Assembly (NCBI GenBank): GCA_963675785.1 | Contig: OY776562.1 | Span: 2,656,001-2,720,000, forward strand | Origin: Anaerolineae bacterium | GTDB lineage: Bacteria > Chloroflexota > Anaerolineae > UBA1429 | Reading direction: 5' to 3' | Length of the DNA: 64,000 bases | In this document: one piece after another, positions 9,964 to 22,237 of the stretch | How positions within the stretch are numbered: the first letter of the stretch is position 1 | Layout of the letters: every line of letters begins with the position of its first letter | Position numbers and translations under genes: made by a program | The notes under the pieces: generated by a model | What the model saw: only the letters and a program-made list of their open reading frames with translations | What the model was told of the DNA's origin: nothing | Database searches by the model: none

Positions 9964-10913
9964 TAGTTGTTGTAGGATCCGTTGGATTGGACGATGTTGA
10001 AACAAAACTTGGCAAGCGCACTCGCACACTAGGTGGTGCTTGCACCTATTTCTCAGCAGCAGCAAGCCTTTACGACCAAGTAGCCATGGTTGCCGTAGTG
10101 GGCAAAGATTTCCCCAGTGAACACATTGACTACCTGAGCTCCAAAGGCGTTGATCTTCGCGGATTGCAGATTGCCGATGGCAAGACCTTTTTCTGGGCGG
10201 GCCGCTACAGTGAAAACATGGATGAGGCACTCACCCTGGATACCCAGCTCAACGTCTTTGCCAATTTCCAACCGAACGTACCCGATGATCTGCGCAATGC
10301 AGAATACCTCTTTCTGGCGAACATTGACCCCAGCCTTCAGATTCACGTGCTGGAGCAAATGAAAAATCCGCGGGTTACTGCCCTGGATTCCATGAACTTT
10401 TGGATCACTTCTACGCGAGAAAACTTGACCCGAGCTATGTCTATGGTTGATATCGTCTTTCTCAACGAGACAGAAACTCGACTCTATTCCGGGATCGATA
10501 ACCTGTGTGCCGGGGCCAGAGCCATTCTGACTCTGGGGCCGCGTGCTGTGGTCATCAAGCGTGGTCAGTATGGTTCTATGCTACTAACAGCTGCTGAACC
10601 CGATCTGCCCTTCTTTGTGCCTGCCTACCCCACCGAGAAGGTGGTAGACCCAACCGGCGCTGGTGACACATTCGCCGCTGGCTTTATGGGGTATATTGCT
10701 CAAACTGGTGATCTTTCAATCAAAAGTTTGCGGCAAGCCGTCGTTCACGGTACAGTTGTGGCCTCATTCACTGTTGAAGATTTTTCTATCGACCGGCTTC
10801 GCCAACTCTCGTCAGAGGAAGTTGACGAGAGATATGATACTATGCGTCTTCTGACGCACTTTGATCCTCCACAAGAGGATCAAGCTCGAATATTCGAGCA
10901 ACCTTTCCTTTAG
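9960..10913 (+). CDS. PfkB-family kinase (probable adenosine/nucleoside kinase)
   Basis: GGACTY N-terminal motif, NETE, DPTGAGDTFAAG signature; sits upstream of ahcY. Confidence 0.85.
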   Translation: MIVVVGSVGLDDVETKLGKRTRTLGGACTYFSAAASLYDQVAMVAVVGKDFPSEHIDYLSSKGVDLRGLQIADGKTFFWAGRYSENMDEALTLDTQLNVFANFQPNVPDDLRNAEYLFLANIDPSLQIHVLEQMKNPRVTALDSMNFWITSTRENLTRAMSMVDIVFLNETETRLYSGIDNLCAGARAILTLGPRAVVIKRGQYGSMLLTAAEPDLPFFVPAYPTEKVVDPTGAGDTFAAGFMGYIAQTGDLSIKSLRQAVVHGTVVASFTVEDFSIDRLRQLSSEEVDERYDTMRLLTHFDPPQEDQARIFEQPFL

Positions 10914-12233
<1,320 letters not shown>

Positions 12234-12281
12234 TCAGTTTAGCCTGCGCCCACCAGGGCTCCACAAGAAAGCGAATGGGAT

Positions 12282-13490
12282 ATGAGCACCTTTGATGAAT
12301 CCCCCCGATTTCTCTTTACATCTGAATCGGTAACCGAAGGACATCCGGACAAAGTCTGCGATCAGATATCTGACGCCGTCCTTGATGCCATCTATGCGCA
12401 AGACCCTTACGGTCGTGTTGCCTGCGAATGTGTCGCCACCACCGGGCTCATCCTGGTTACTGGTGAAATTACGACGTCGTGTTACGTTGATATCCCCTCC
12501 ATTGTTCGTGAAGTAGTGGGCGATATCGGCTATACACGTGCTAAATACGGCTTTGATAACGAGACTTGTGGCGTGATCACCTCGGTCAAAGAACAGTCAG
12601 CCGACATCGCTCTGGGCGTCGATTGCGCCCAGGAAGCCAAAGAAGGCGAGATGACGGATGAAGAGATCGAAAAAGTGGGTGCCGGTGATCAGGGTATGAT
12701 GTTTGGCTATGCTTGCACAGAGACGCCAGAGCTCATGCCTATGCCCATCACCCTGGCTCATAGGCTCTCAGAGCGTCTCGCCACCGTTCGCAAGGACAAG
12801 ACCTTGCCCTACCTGCGTCCAGATGGCAAAACCCAGGTGACAGTAGAGTATCACTATGGCAAGCCGGTGCGCGTCGATACCATCGTTATCGCCAGCCAGC
12901 ATGATCCCGATATCAGCCAGCCGCAAATCCAGCGCGACATCACCGAGCACGTCATCAAGGCAGTCATTCCTGCGGACATGCTCGATGAGAAAACACACAT
13001 CTATGTGAACAGCACCGGGCGCTTTGTCATCGGCGGCCCGATGGGCGACTCGGGTCTCACCGGTCGCAAGATCATCGTCGATACCTATGGCGGCTTTGTG
13101 CCCCATGGCGGCGGTGCCTTCTCCGGCAAAGATCCCACCAAAGTCGACCGCTCAGCCTCCTATGCGGCACGTTGGGTAGCCAAGAACGTGGTAGCCGCCG
13201 GTCTGGCAGATCGTTGCCAGATCCAGCTGGCTTACACCATCGGCGTGGCCTCGCCCATCTCGCTGAACGTAGAGACCTTTGGTACCGGCAAATTGCCCGA
13301 TGCCGAGATCGAAAAGATCATCCGCGAGCACTTTGACCTTCGTCCAGGTGCCATCATCCGCGATCTCAGACTGCGTCGACCGATTTATCGCCAGACAGCT
13401 AACTATGGCGCCTTTGGCCGCACCAACATCGATGCACCCTGGGAAGAGACCAACAAGGTGGACGAGCTTCGCCTGGCTGCTGACCGCTAG
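12282..13490 (+). CDS. metK: S-adenosylmethionine synthetase
   Basis: [46 protein letters not shown]. Confidence 0.98.
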   Translation: MSTFDESPRFLFTSESVTEGHPDKVCDQISDAVLDAIYAQDPYGRVACECVATTGLILVTGEITTSCYVDIPSIVREVVGDIGYTRAKYGFDNETCGVITSVKEQSADIALGVDCAQEAKEGEMTDEEIEKVGAGDQGMMFGYACTETPELMPMPITLAHRLSERLATVRKDKTLPYLRPDGKTQVTVEYHYGKPVRVDTIVIASQHDPDISQPQIQRDITEHVIKAVIPADMLDEKTHIYVNSTGRFVIGGPMGDSGLTGRKIIVDTYGGFVPHGGGAFSGKDPTKVDRSASYAARWVAKNVVAAGLADRCQIQLAYTIGVASPISLNVETFGTGKLPDAEIEKIIREHFDLRPGAIIRDLRLRRPIYRQTANYGAFGRTNIDAPWEETNKVDELRLAADR

Positions 13491-13503
13491 ACGAACGCCT
13501 ACG

Positions 13504-13538
13504 AACGCCCGCTGCCCTTGCAGCGGGCGTTTTTGTTT
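13504..13538 (+). terminator. Intrinsic terminator after metK
   Basis: AACGCCCGCTGC-CCTT-GCAGCGGGCGTT followed by TTTGTTT. Confidence 0.85.
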
Positions 13539-13556
13539 GGCCTGCTTACTCCAGGC

Positions 13557-13565
13557 TGTTATAAT
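13557..13565 (+). promoter_or_regulatory. Extended -10 promoter of the glycosylation block
   Basis: TGtTATAAT just after the metK terminator and about 30 nt upstream of TTG 13595. Confidence 0.55.
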
Positions 13566-13594
13566 GCGGCTACTCATTCTTGGAGAAAAAAGAC

Positions 13595-15537
<1,943 letters not shown>

Positions 15538-15561
15538 TACGAAACCAGACAAGGAGTAGAG

Positions 15562-16989
15562 ATGTCACAAATAAAGTTTGGTACAGACGGTTGGCGCGCT
15601 GCAATTGCTCGAGATTACACCTTTGAGAATGTTCGTTATTGTGCCCAGGGCACTGCCGAATACCTTATCAAAGCCGGCCTGGCCAACCGCGGCATGGTGA
15701 TTGGCTATGATATGCGCTTTCTTTCAGAAGATTTTGCCAAGACGGTGGCTGAAGTGTTCGCTGGCAACGGCATCCACGCCTATGTCTCTGAGACGGCAGC
15801 TCCTACCCCTGTCAACTCTTATGCCATCTTGCCGCTCAAGGCCGCTGGCGGTGTGTGGATCACGGCCAGCCATAACCCGGCAACCGATAACGGTTATAAA
15901 TTGCGCTCGTCTTATGGCGGCGCAGCAGCGCCCGATGTCCTTACCCAGGTGGAACAGTACATTACCGAAGCCCAGGCTGCTGGTAGCGTCAAGACACTGG
16001 ATTTTGATGCCGCTGAAAAGCAGGGTCTGGTAGAGACGCTGGACATCGAGACCTCTTATATTGAGCACCTCAAGACCTTGCTCGATTGGCAGCCCATTCG
16101 TGATGCCGGGCTGCGCCTGGTGGTTGACCCCATGTGGGGCGTAGGCCAGGGCTGGTTCCCCCGTTTGCTCAGTGGCGGCAATACCAACATCAAAGAAATC
16201 CACGGCGAGCGCAATCCGCTCTTCCCACGGATGCATCGTCCCGAACCCATTGGCGAAAACCTGCAAGACCTCTTTGCTACCGTCAAAGAACTGGGTTCTG
16301 ACGCTGGTGTAGCCTTTGACGGCGATGCCGACCGTGTCGGTTTCTGCAACGAAAAGGGCGTGTTCGTCAACCAGCTCGAGGTTTACGCTCTGCTCGCCTT
16401 TTACCTGCTAGAAATACGCGGTATGCGCGGCCCTTTGGTCAAGACTGTTAGCACCACGGTGATGGCTAACAAGCTGGCCGCCCTGTACGGTGTGGATGTC
16501 TATGAGACCCGTGTCGGGTTCAAATATGTGGCCCCCGAAATGCTGCGTACCGACGCCATTATGGGCGGCGAAGAAAGCGGTGGCTTTGCCTTCAAGGGGC
16601 ACATCCCCGAGCGCGATGGCATCCTAGCTGGCCTGTTCCTGCTCGACCTCATGGTCAAAATGGGCAAATCGCCTTCGCAGTTGCTGGATCACATTTTCTC
16701 ACTGGTGGGACCGCACTATTACGACCGTATTGATCGTCGCATGACGCCCGAACAAAAGCCGGCTGTTCAGGCTCTCATCGCTCAGGCCAAGCCTACCACC
16801 CTGGCTGGGCTCAAAGTGGAAAAGATCGACACCACCGAGGGCTATCGCTACTGCTTGGAAGACGGCGGTTGGATGCTCATTCGTTTCTCGGGCACCGAAC
16901 CCGTCATTCGCGTATATTGCGAAACTACCTACGAAGACAAGGTGCAAGACCTGCTACACGAGGGTCTGCGCATGGCCAATCTAGCCTGA
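15562..16989 (+). CDS. Phosphoglucomutase/phosphomannomutase
   Basis: FGTDGWR, TASHNP, DGDADR, GGEESGG, RFSGTEP. Confidence 0.93.
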   Translation: MSQIKFGTDGWRAAIARDYTFENVRYCAQGTAEYLIKAGLANRGMVIGYDMRFLSEDFAKTVAEVFAGNGIHAYVSETAAPTPVNSYAILPLKAAGGVWITASHNPATDNGYKLRSSYGGAAAPDVLTQVEQYITEAQAAGSVKTLDFDAAEKQGLVETLDIETSYIEHLKTLLDWQPIRDAGLRLVVDPMWGVGQGWFPRLLSGGNTNIKEIHGERNPLFPRMHRPEPIGENLQDLFATVKELGSDAGVAFDGDADRVGFCNEKGVFVNQLEVYALLAFYLLEIRGMRGPLVKTVSTTVMANKLAALYGVDVYETRVGFKYVAPEMLRTDAIMGGEESGGFAFKGHIPERDGILAGLFLLDLMVKMGKSPSQLLDHIFSLVGPHYYDRIDRRMTPEQKPAVQALIAQAKPTTLAGLKVEKIDTTEGYRYCLEDGGWMLIRFSGTEPVIRVYCETTYEDKVQDLLHEGLRMANLA

Positions 16990-16990
16990 T

Positions 16991-17788
16991 ATGAACCTCT
17001 TTGATTCGCACACCCATCTTGCTTCGAGTAAATTCGAACAAGATCGTCAGAACGTAATCGCCCGCGCATTTGGCGCGGGCGTTCGGCGGATGATGGTGTG
17101 TGGCTCTGACCTCACTTCCAGCAGGGCCGCCTTGGCACTGGCTCAGGCATATGATGGTCTCTATGCCGCGGCAGGCTTTCACGCTCACGAAGCCAGCCAA
17201 GCTATCTTGACTGAAAGCGATTCTTGGCGCATCGATGAGGCGATTATTCAAGAGATCGCCACCCTAGCTACTGCTCCTCGCGTGGTGGCCATTGGTGAAA
17301 TTGGCCTCGACTATCACTATGATTTCTCGCCTCGCGACATGCAAAAGAGTGTGCTGACCCGCCATCTCCAACTGGCCAATGAGCTGAACTTGCCAGTTAT
17401 CTTGCACAACCGCGAATCAGACGAGGATATGCGTCATGTTGTCGATGCCATACCACCTAAAGCGGGGGGCGTGTTGCATTGTTTCCTTGCTGATCAGCAG
17501 ATGGCAGACTGGGCCTTGTCGGTCGGGCTGTACATCGGTGTAGCGGGGCCCATTTCCTTCAAGAACCTCACCCACCTGGCGCCCATTCTGCGCACTGTGC
17601 CCCCTGAGCGTCTGCTCATCGAGACCGACTGTCCCTATCTGGCACCGCATCCTATGCGCGGCAAGCGCAACGAGCCGGCTTTTGTGAGCTATGTCGCTGG
17701 ACACTTGGCTCGCGTCTTGGACATGACCCCTGAAGACGTCGCCGAGCTGACCACCGCCAACGCCTGCCACTTGTTTGGGGTAACCTAG
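16991..17788 (+). CDS. tatD: TatD-family metallo-nuclease
   Basis: DSHTHL, GEIGLDY, LHNRES, LHCF, ETDCPYLAP. Confidence 0.93.
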   Translation: MNLFDSHTHLASSKFEQDRQNVIARAFGAGVRRMMVCGSDLTSSRAALALAQAYDGLYAAAGFHAHEASQAILTESDSWRIDEAIIQEIATLATAPRVVAIGEIGLDYHYDFSPRDMQKSVLTRHLQLANELNLPVILHNRESDEDMRHVVDAIPPKAGGVLHCFLADQQMADWALSVGLYIGVAGPISFKNLTHLAPILRTVPPERLLIETDCPYLAPHPMRGKRNEPAFVSYVAGHLARVLDMTPEDVAELTTANACHLFGVT

Positions 17789-18784
17789 ATGGACGACCCC
17801 ACCTTGCACATCATCATCGTCAACTGGAACGTGCGCGACTTGCTGGCCAACTGCCTGGATTCCATCGTCAGCCAGGGCACACTTCAGGATGATGGCTTTG
17901 TCACTCTCGATGATGGCAGCAGTGTAAAGGTGACAGTGGTAGACAACCATTCCAGCGACGATAGCGTGGCCCTACTCGAGCGGAATTACGGCTGGGTTGA
18001 CCTGGTCAAGAGCAATACGAACTTGGGCTTTACCCGCGGCAATAATCTGGCCTTGGAACAGTCCCGAGGTGAGTATATCATGTTGCTCAACCCGGATACG
18101 CGACTGGAAGCGGGAGCCTTACGTATCATGCTGGATTATGCCCGCGCCCATAGCGATGTAGCCGTCATAGGGCCCAAGCTGCTGTACGGCGACGGTTCGC
18201 CGCAGTCCTCACGCCGCCGCTTCCCCACGCTGACGACGGCCCTCTTTGAGAGCACCCTGTTGGAGAGTTGGTTCCCCAACAACCGCTGGGCCCGGGCCTA
18301 CCGCCTGGCCGATACCGATGATGACGCCACTCAAGATGTCGATTGGGTCAACGGCGCCTGTATGCTGGCTAAAAAAGCGGCTGTGAAACCCCTGGGCTGG
18401 CTGGATCCGTCTTATTTCATGTATTCGGAAGAACTCGATTGGTGCAAACGCATCCGCGATGCCGGTTGGCGCGTGGTTTATTTACCGCAGGCGGCGGTTA
18501 TCCATTACGAGGGCCAGAGTAGCGGCCAGATCGTGGCTCAACGAGACATCTATTTCCATAGCAGCAAGGTATATTACTTTGACAAATATCATGGTCGTTG
18601 GGCAGCAGAGTTCTTGCGTTGTTTTTTGTTAGCCAGCTTGAGGCAAAGTTGGCTCATCGAGGCCCTTAAATGGCTGTTGGGGCATAAGCGTCCCCTACGC
18701 CAAGCGCGCATGACAGCTTACAAAGAGGTCATTCATTCCGGCCTCAGAGCAGCCGGTAACGGGCTGGAGGTACCCAGAGCGTGA
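17789..18784 (+). CDS. Glycosyltransferase family 2 (WbbL-like)
   Basis: IIIVNWN, VVDNHSSD, NLGF..GNN, LLNPD, FMYSEELDWC. Confidence 0.9.
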   Translation: MDDPTLHIIIVNWNVRDLLANCLDSIVSQGTLQDDGFVTLDDGSSVKVTVVDNHSSDDSVALLERNYGWVDLVKSNTNLGFTRGNNLALEQSRGEYIMLLNPDTRLEAGALRIMLDYARAHSDVAVIGPKLLYGDGSPQSSRRRFPTLTTALFESTLLESWFPNNRWARAYRLADTDDDATQDVDWVNGACMLAKKAAVKPLGWLDPSYFMYSEELDWCKRIRDAGWRVVYLPQAAVIHYEGQSSGQIVAQRDIYFHSSKVYYFDKYHGRWAAEFLRCFLLASLRQSWLIEALKWLLGHKRPLRQARMTAYKEVIHSGLRAAGNGLEVPRA

Positions 18785-19938
18785 AAAGTTCTTTCTGTGT
18801 ATTACTCATCACAGGAGAATACCCCCCCATGCAGGGGGGCGTTGCTGATTACACGCGCATCATCGCCGAGAACCTGTCTCGCCGCGGCAGCAGAGTGCAC
18901 GTTCTCACCAGTACACGTTCAACAAGTGCCTATGACGACGTCATCGTACACGCCGATGCACCCGATTGGCGCAGGCGCACGCTCAAAGAAGTAAAGCCGC
19001 TCTGCAAATGGATCGAACCCGATGTTATCAACATTCAATATCAAACTGCTGCCTTTGAAATGCGCCCAGCGATCAACCTGTTGCCACGGATGTTGAATAT
19101 TCCTGTCGTGACCACCTTTCACGACTTGTTAGTGCCCTATCTTTTCCCCAAAGCGGGAGCGTTACGCTGGCAGGTCAACCGGATTTTGGCTCGTGAGTCT
19201 ACTGCCATCATCACCACCAATCCAGAGGATTCGGCCCGACTGAGAGAGAAAGAGCATCTGGAAAGGGTGTACGAAATCCCCATCGGCAGCAACATACAGC
19301 CCACCCTGCCACTCAATTTCGACCGCTGGCTATGGCGAAACCGCTGGGAACTCCCCCAAGATGCCCATGTCCTCTGCTACTTTGGCTTTTTGAACCAGAG
19401 CAAGGGAGGTATGGATCTGATCCGGGCCCTCGGTCTCTTGCTCGAAGAGGACCCCAACGTGCATCTCTTGTTCATTGGCGGAGCCACAGGCGCCAGCGAT
19501 CCCACCAATGCAGATTATGCATCTCAGATTCGGCGACTGGTCGTCGAGAACCGCTTGAACGACCACGTACATTGGACGGGGCATATCTCTGATGAAGAGG
19601 TTTCAGCAGCCTTTGCCTGTTCCGATATCTGCGTGTTGCCCTTTCAAGATGGCGTTTCGATTCGCAGAGGAAGCCTCATGGCGGCGCTGGTGCACGACAT
19701 GCCCATCGTTTCCACAGAACCCTTGGTATCCACACCGGGCATTGTCCACGGCGAAAATATCTGGCTCACTGCCAGAGAGCAGCCGCAGGAAATAGCTCAG
19801 GCCGTGCGTCATATCCTGCAAGATCATGTCTTGCGCCAAAAGCTTTCCGATGGCGCCCGCGAATTAGCCAAGCAGTACGATTGGGACAATATCACCACTC
19901 GCATTCTGGAGGTCTATGGTGACGCTTTGCTCCGCTAA
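18781..19938 (+). CDS. Glycosyltransferase family 4
   Basis: GEYPPMQGGVADYT N-terminus and GT-B C-terminal pattern VLPF.DG.S.RRGSL...YDWD.I. Confidence 0.88.
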   Translation: MKSSFCVLLITGEYPPMQGGVADYTRIIAENLSRRGSRVHVLTSTRSTSAYDDVIVHADAPDWRRRTLKEVKPLCKWIEPDVINIQYQTAAFEMRPAINLLPRMLNIPVVTTFHDLLVPYLFPKAGALRWQVNRILARESTAIITTNPEDSARLREKEHLERVYEIPIGSNIQPTLPLNFDRWLWRNRWELPQDAHVLCYFGFLNQSKGGMDLIRALGLLLEEDPNVHLLFIGGATGASDPTNADYASQIRRLVVENRLNDHVHWTGHISDEEVSAAFACSDICVLPFQDGVSIRRGSLMAALVHDMPIVSTEPLVSTPGIVHGENIWLTAREQPQEIAQAVRHILQDHVLRQKLSDGARELAKQYDWDNITTRILEVYGDALLR

Positions 19939-22198
19939 TAACTCGACCAAAAAACAGCGGCACTATGACCTGCCGTTCATTCTCATTCTCGTCGCCTTTA
20001 TCATCTTGGGCGTCATTTATAGCGTCACCACACCAATTTTCGAAGCCTCAGACGAACTTTGGCATTATCCCTTTGTCGAACACCTGGCCACCGGAGGAAG
20101 CTTACCCGTACAGGACCCTGACAACGTAGGCTTGTGGCGCCAAGAAGCCAGTCAGCCACCCCTCTATTATGCTATCGGGGCACTGGCCACCAGCATGATC
20201 GATACCAGCGATCTGAACCAAGTGCGCCAGATTAATCCACATGCCAGCATTGGCGTGCCCACCGATGATCGCAACATCAACATGACCGTGCACAGCCGCA
20301 ACCAGGCCTGGCCCTACAGCGGTACTGTGTTGGCCGTACACATCGTGCGTTGGCTATCGGTGCTCATGGGCGCTGTGACTGTGACCATGGCCTATCTCAC
20401 CACTATGGAAGTGCTGAACGACCGGCTGGTCGCCTGGACAGCAGCAGCCTTTACGGCTTTTAACAGCATGTACCTCTTTATCACCTCGTCGGTGAATAAT
20501 GACGCCCTCGTCACCATGCTGACCTCGATAAGTCTGTGGCTCATTGTGCGCATCATTCGGCGTTACGCCCACAGCAAAGATTGTGGCCTGCCCCGCTGGC
20601 ATGAATGGCTGGTGCTGGGCATCGCTATGGGGGCTGCCTGCCTCTCTAAAACAAGCGGATTGGCTATATTGCCTTTCTCCGCAGTAGCCGTGGGGTTAGT
20701 AACCTGGCGCAACCACTCCTGGAAGGAATTTTTCCGTGGAGCGCTGCTCTTGCTTGTTCCCGTGCTGGCTATCGCTGGCTGGTGGTATGTGCGCAACTGG
20801 CAACTCTATGGCGACCTGACCGGCATGGCCGCCATGGTCAGTATCGTTGGGGCGCGCAACCCCGTGCCCACGTTGGCTCAGTTAGCTGGAGAATGGCGCG
20901 GCTTTGTGATGGCCTTTTGGGGGTTCTTTGGCGGCGTCAACGTCCCTACCCCAAATTGGTTTTACACAGTGTGGAATATCATCGCCACCCTGGGTTTTAC
21001 TGGCATCCCCGTCTACCTTTGGAGACGTAAGCGCAGTGAACCGCTGAGCATCGTGCAATGGCAGCAACTCGGCCTGGTAACCGCCTGGCCGCTGGTAGTG
21101 TTCATCGCCCTCGTTCGCTGGACGATGATGACCATCGCCAGCCAGGGACGACTCATGTTTCCAGCGCTCACTGGCATTGCCTTACTCATCGCTATGGGTT
21201 TGTGCGGCTGGCTACCCAGCAAGATAAAAAAGATCCTCCCCGCCATCTCGATGAGCTGGATGCTGGCCACGGCTATTTATATCCCTTTTGGCATCATCGC
21301 CCCGGCCTATGCCTACCCGGAGATACTCACTGAAGGCGAATTGCCCGATACGATGGTTTCTGTAGAGGCCCAGTTCGCACAGCATGTGGTACTCAAAGGC
21401 TATGAACTCTCGACCGATGAAGCAGCACCAGGCGACGGCATCGAGGTTACCCTCTACTGGCAGGATATCCAAGCCATGATCGAGGATTTCTCTATCTTTG
21501 TGCACCTGGTCGATGATAATGGCGTCATCTTGGCCCAATACGATGTATACCCTGGGCAGGGCAATTATCCCACCACCTTTTGGCAGCTCGGTGATCTCTT
21601 TGCTGATACTATCATGCTCGACATCCCCGAAGGAACCTATACACCCAACGAGGCTTCGGTGGTCGTCGGGCTTTATCGTCTAGAAGATGGCACACGTCTA
21701 CCCGTTTCCGTGGAAGGAACTATCGTGGGCGATTCGGTAGAGCTGGGCAGTGTCGGCCTGCCAGCAACGGAAAAAGATGGCATTCCTAATCCCGTATCGT
21801 TCAATCTGGAAGACAAGATATCTCTCATTGGGTTCTCACTAGACAAGTCCCTGGTGCACCCAGGCGAAACTGTGGAACTCGTGCTATATTGGCAGGCACT
21901 CGCCGATATTGACGTCGATTATTCCGTCTTTACCCATATTATCGCCACCGACAGCACCATCTATGCACAAAAGGACGGCTGGCCGCAAGAGGGCGCCGCG
22001 CCTACATCGAGTTGGGCAGAGGGACAGATCATCGAGGATCACTATATACTAGAGGCATCTGCCGATGCCGTACCTGGCCTGTACGAGCTAGAAACAGGCA
22101 TGTACGATGGAACAGGTGAGCGTCTCACGCTTCTCGGCGATGGAGGCTTTGCCCTGGGGAACCGCATCCTCCTCGGCAACGTCCGCATTGTCGAATGA
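19916..22198 (+). CDS. GT-C fold (PMT/ArnT-like) multi-pass glycosyltransferase with two C-terminal beta-sandwich repeats
   Basis: PIFEASDE..H acidic loop, QPPLYY, VNND, K.SG, WWYVRN; many TM helices; repeated L.G(Y/F).....PG..VTLYW......DYS.F.H modules. Confidence 0.8.
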   Translation: MVTLCSANNSTKKQRHYDLPFILILVAFIILGVIYSVTTPIFEASDELWHYPFVEHLATGGSLPVQDPDNVGLWRQEASQPPLYYAIGALATSMIDTSDLNQVRQINPHASIGVPTDDRNINMTVHSRNQAWPYSGTVLAVHIVRWLSVLMGAVTVTMAYLTTMEVLNDRLVAWTAAAFTAFNSMYLFITSSVNNDALVTMLTSISLWLIVRIIRRYAHSKDCGLPRWHEWLVLGIAMGAACLSKTSGLAILPFSAVAVGLVTWRNHSWKEFFRGALLLLVPVLAIAGWWYVRNWQLYGDLTGMAAMVSIVGARNPVPTLAQLAGEWRGFVMAFWGFFGGVNVPTPNWFYTVWNIIATLGFTGIPVYLWRRKRSEPLSIVQWQQLGLVTAWPLVVFIALVRWTMMTIASQGRLMFPALTGIALLIAMGLCGWLPSKIKKILPAISMSWMLATAIYIPFGIIAPAYAYPEILTEGELPDTMVSVEAQFAQHVVLKGYELSTDEAAPGDGIEVTLYWQDIQAMIEDFSIFVHLVDDNGVILAQYDVYPGQGNYPTTFWQLGDLFADTIMLDIPEGTYTPNEASVVVGLYRLEDGTRLPVSVEGTIVGDSVELGSVGLPATEKDGIPNPVSFNLEDKISLIGFSLDKSLVHPGETVELVLYWQALADIDVDYSVFTHIIATDSTIYAQKDGWPQEGAAPTSSWAEGQIIEDHYILEASADAVPGLYELETGMYDGTGERLTLLGDGGFALGNRILLGNVRIVE

Positions 22199-22237
22199 GT
22201 CGGCTATTTTGGGCGGCAATCCTCTGAATGGTAGACT

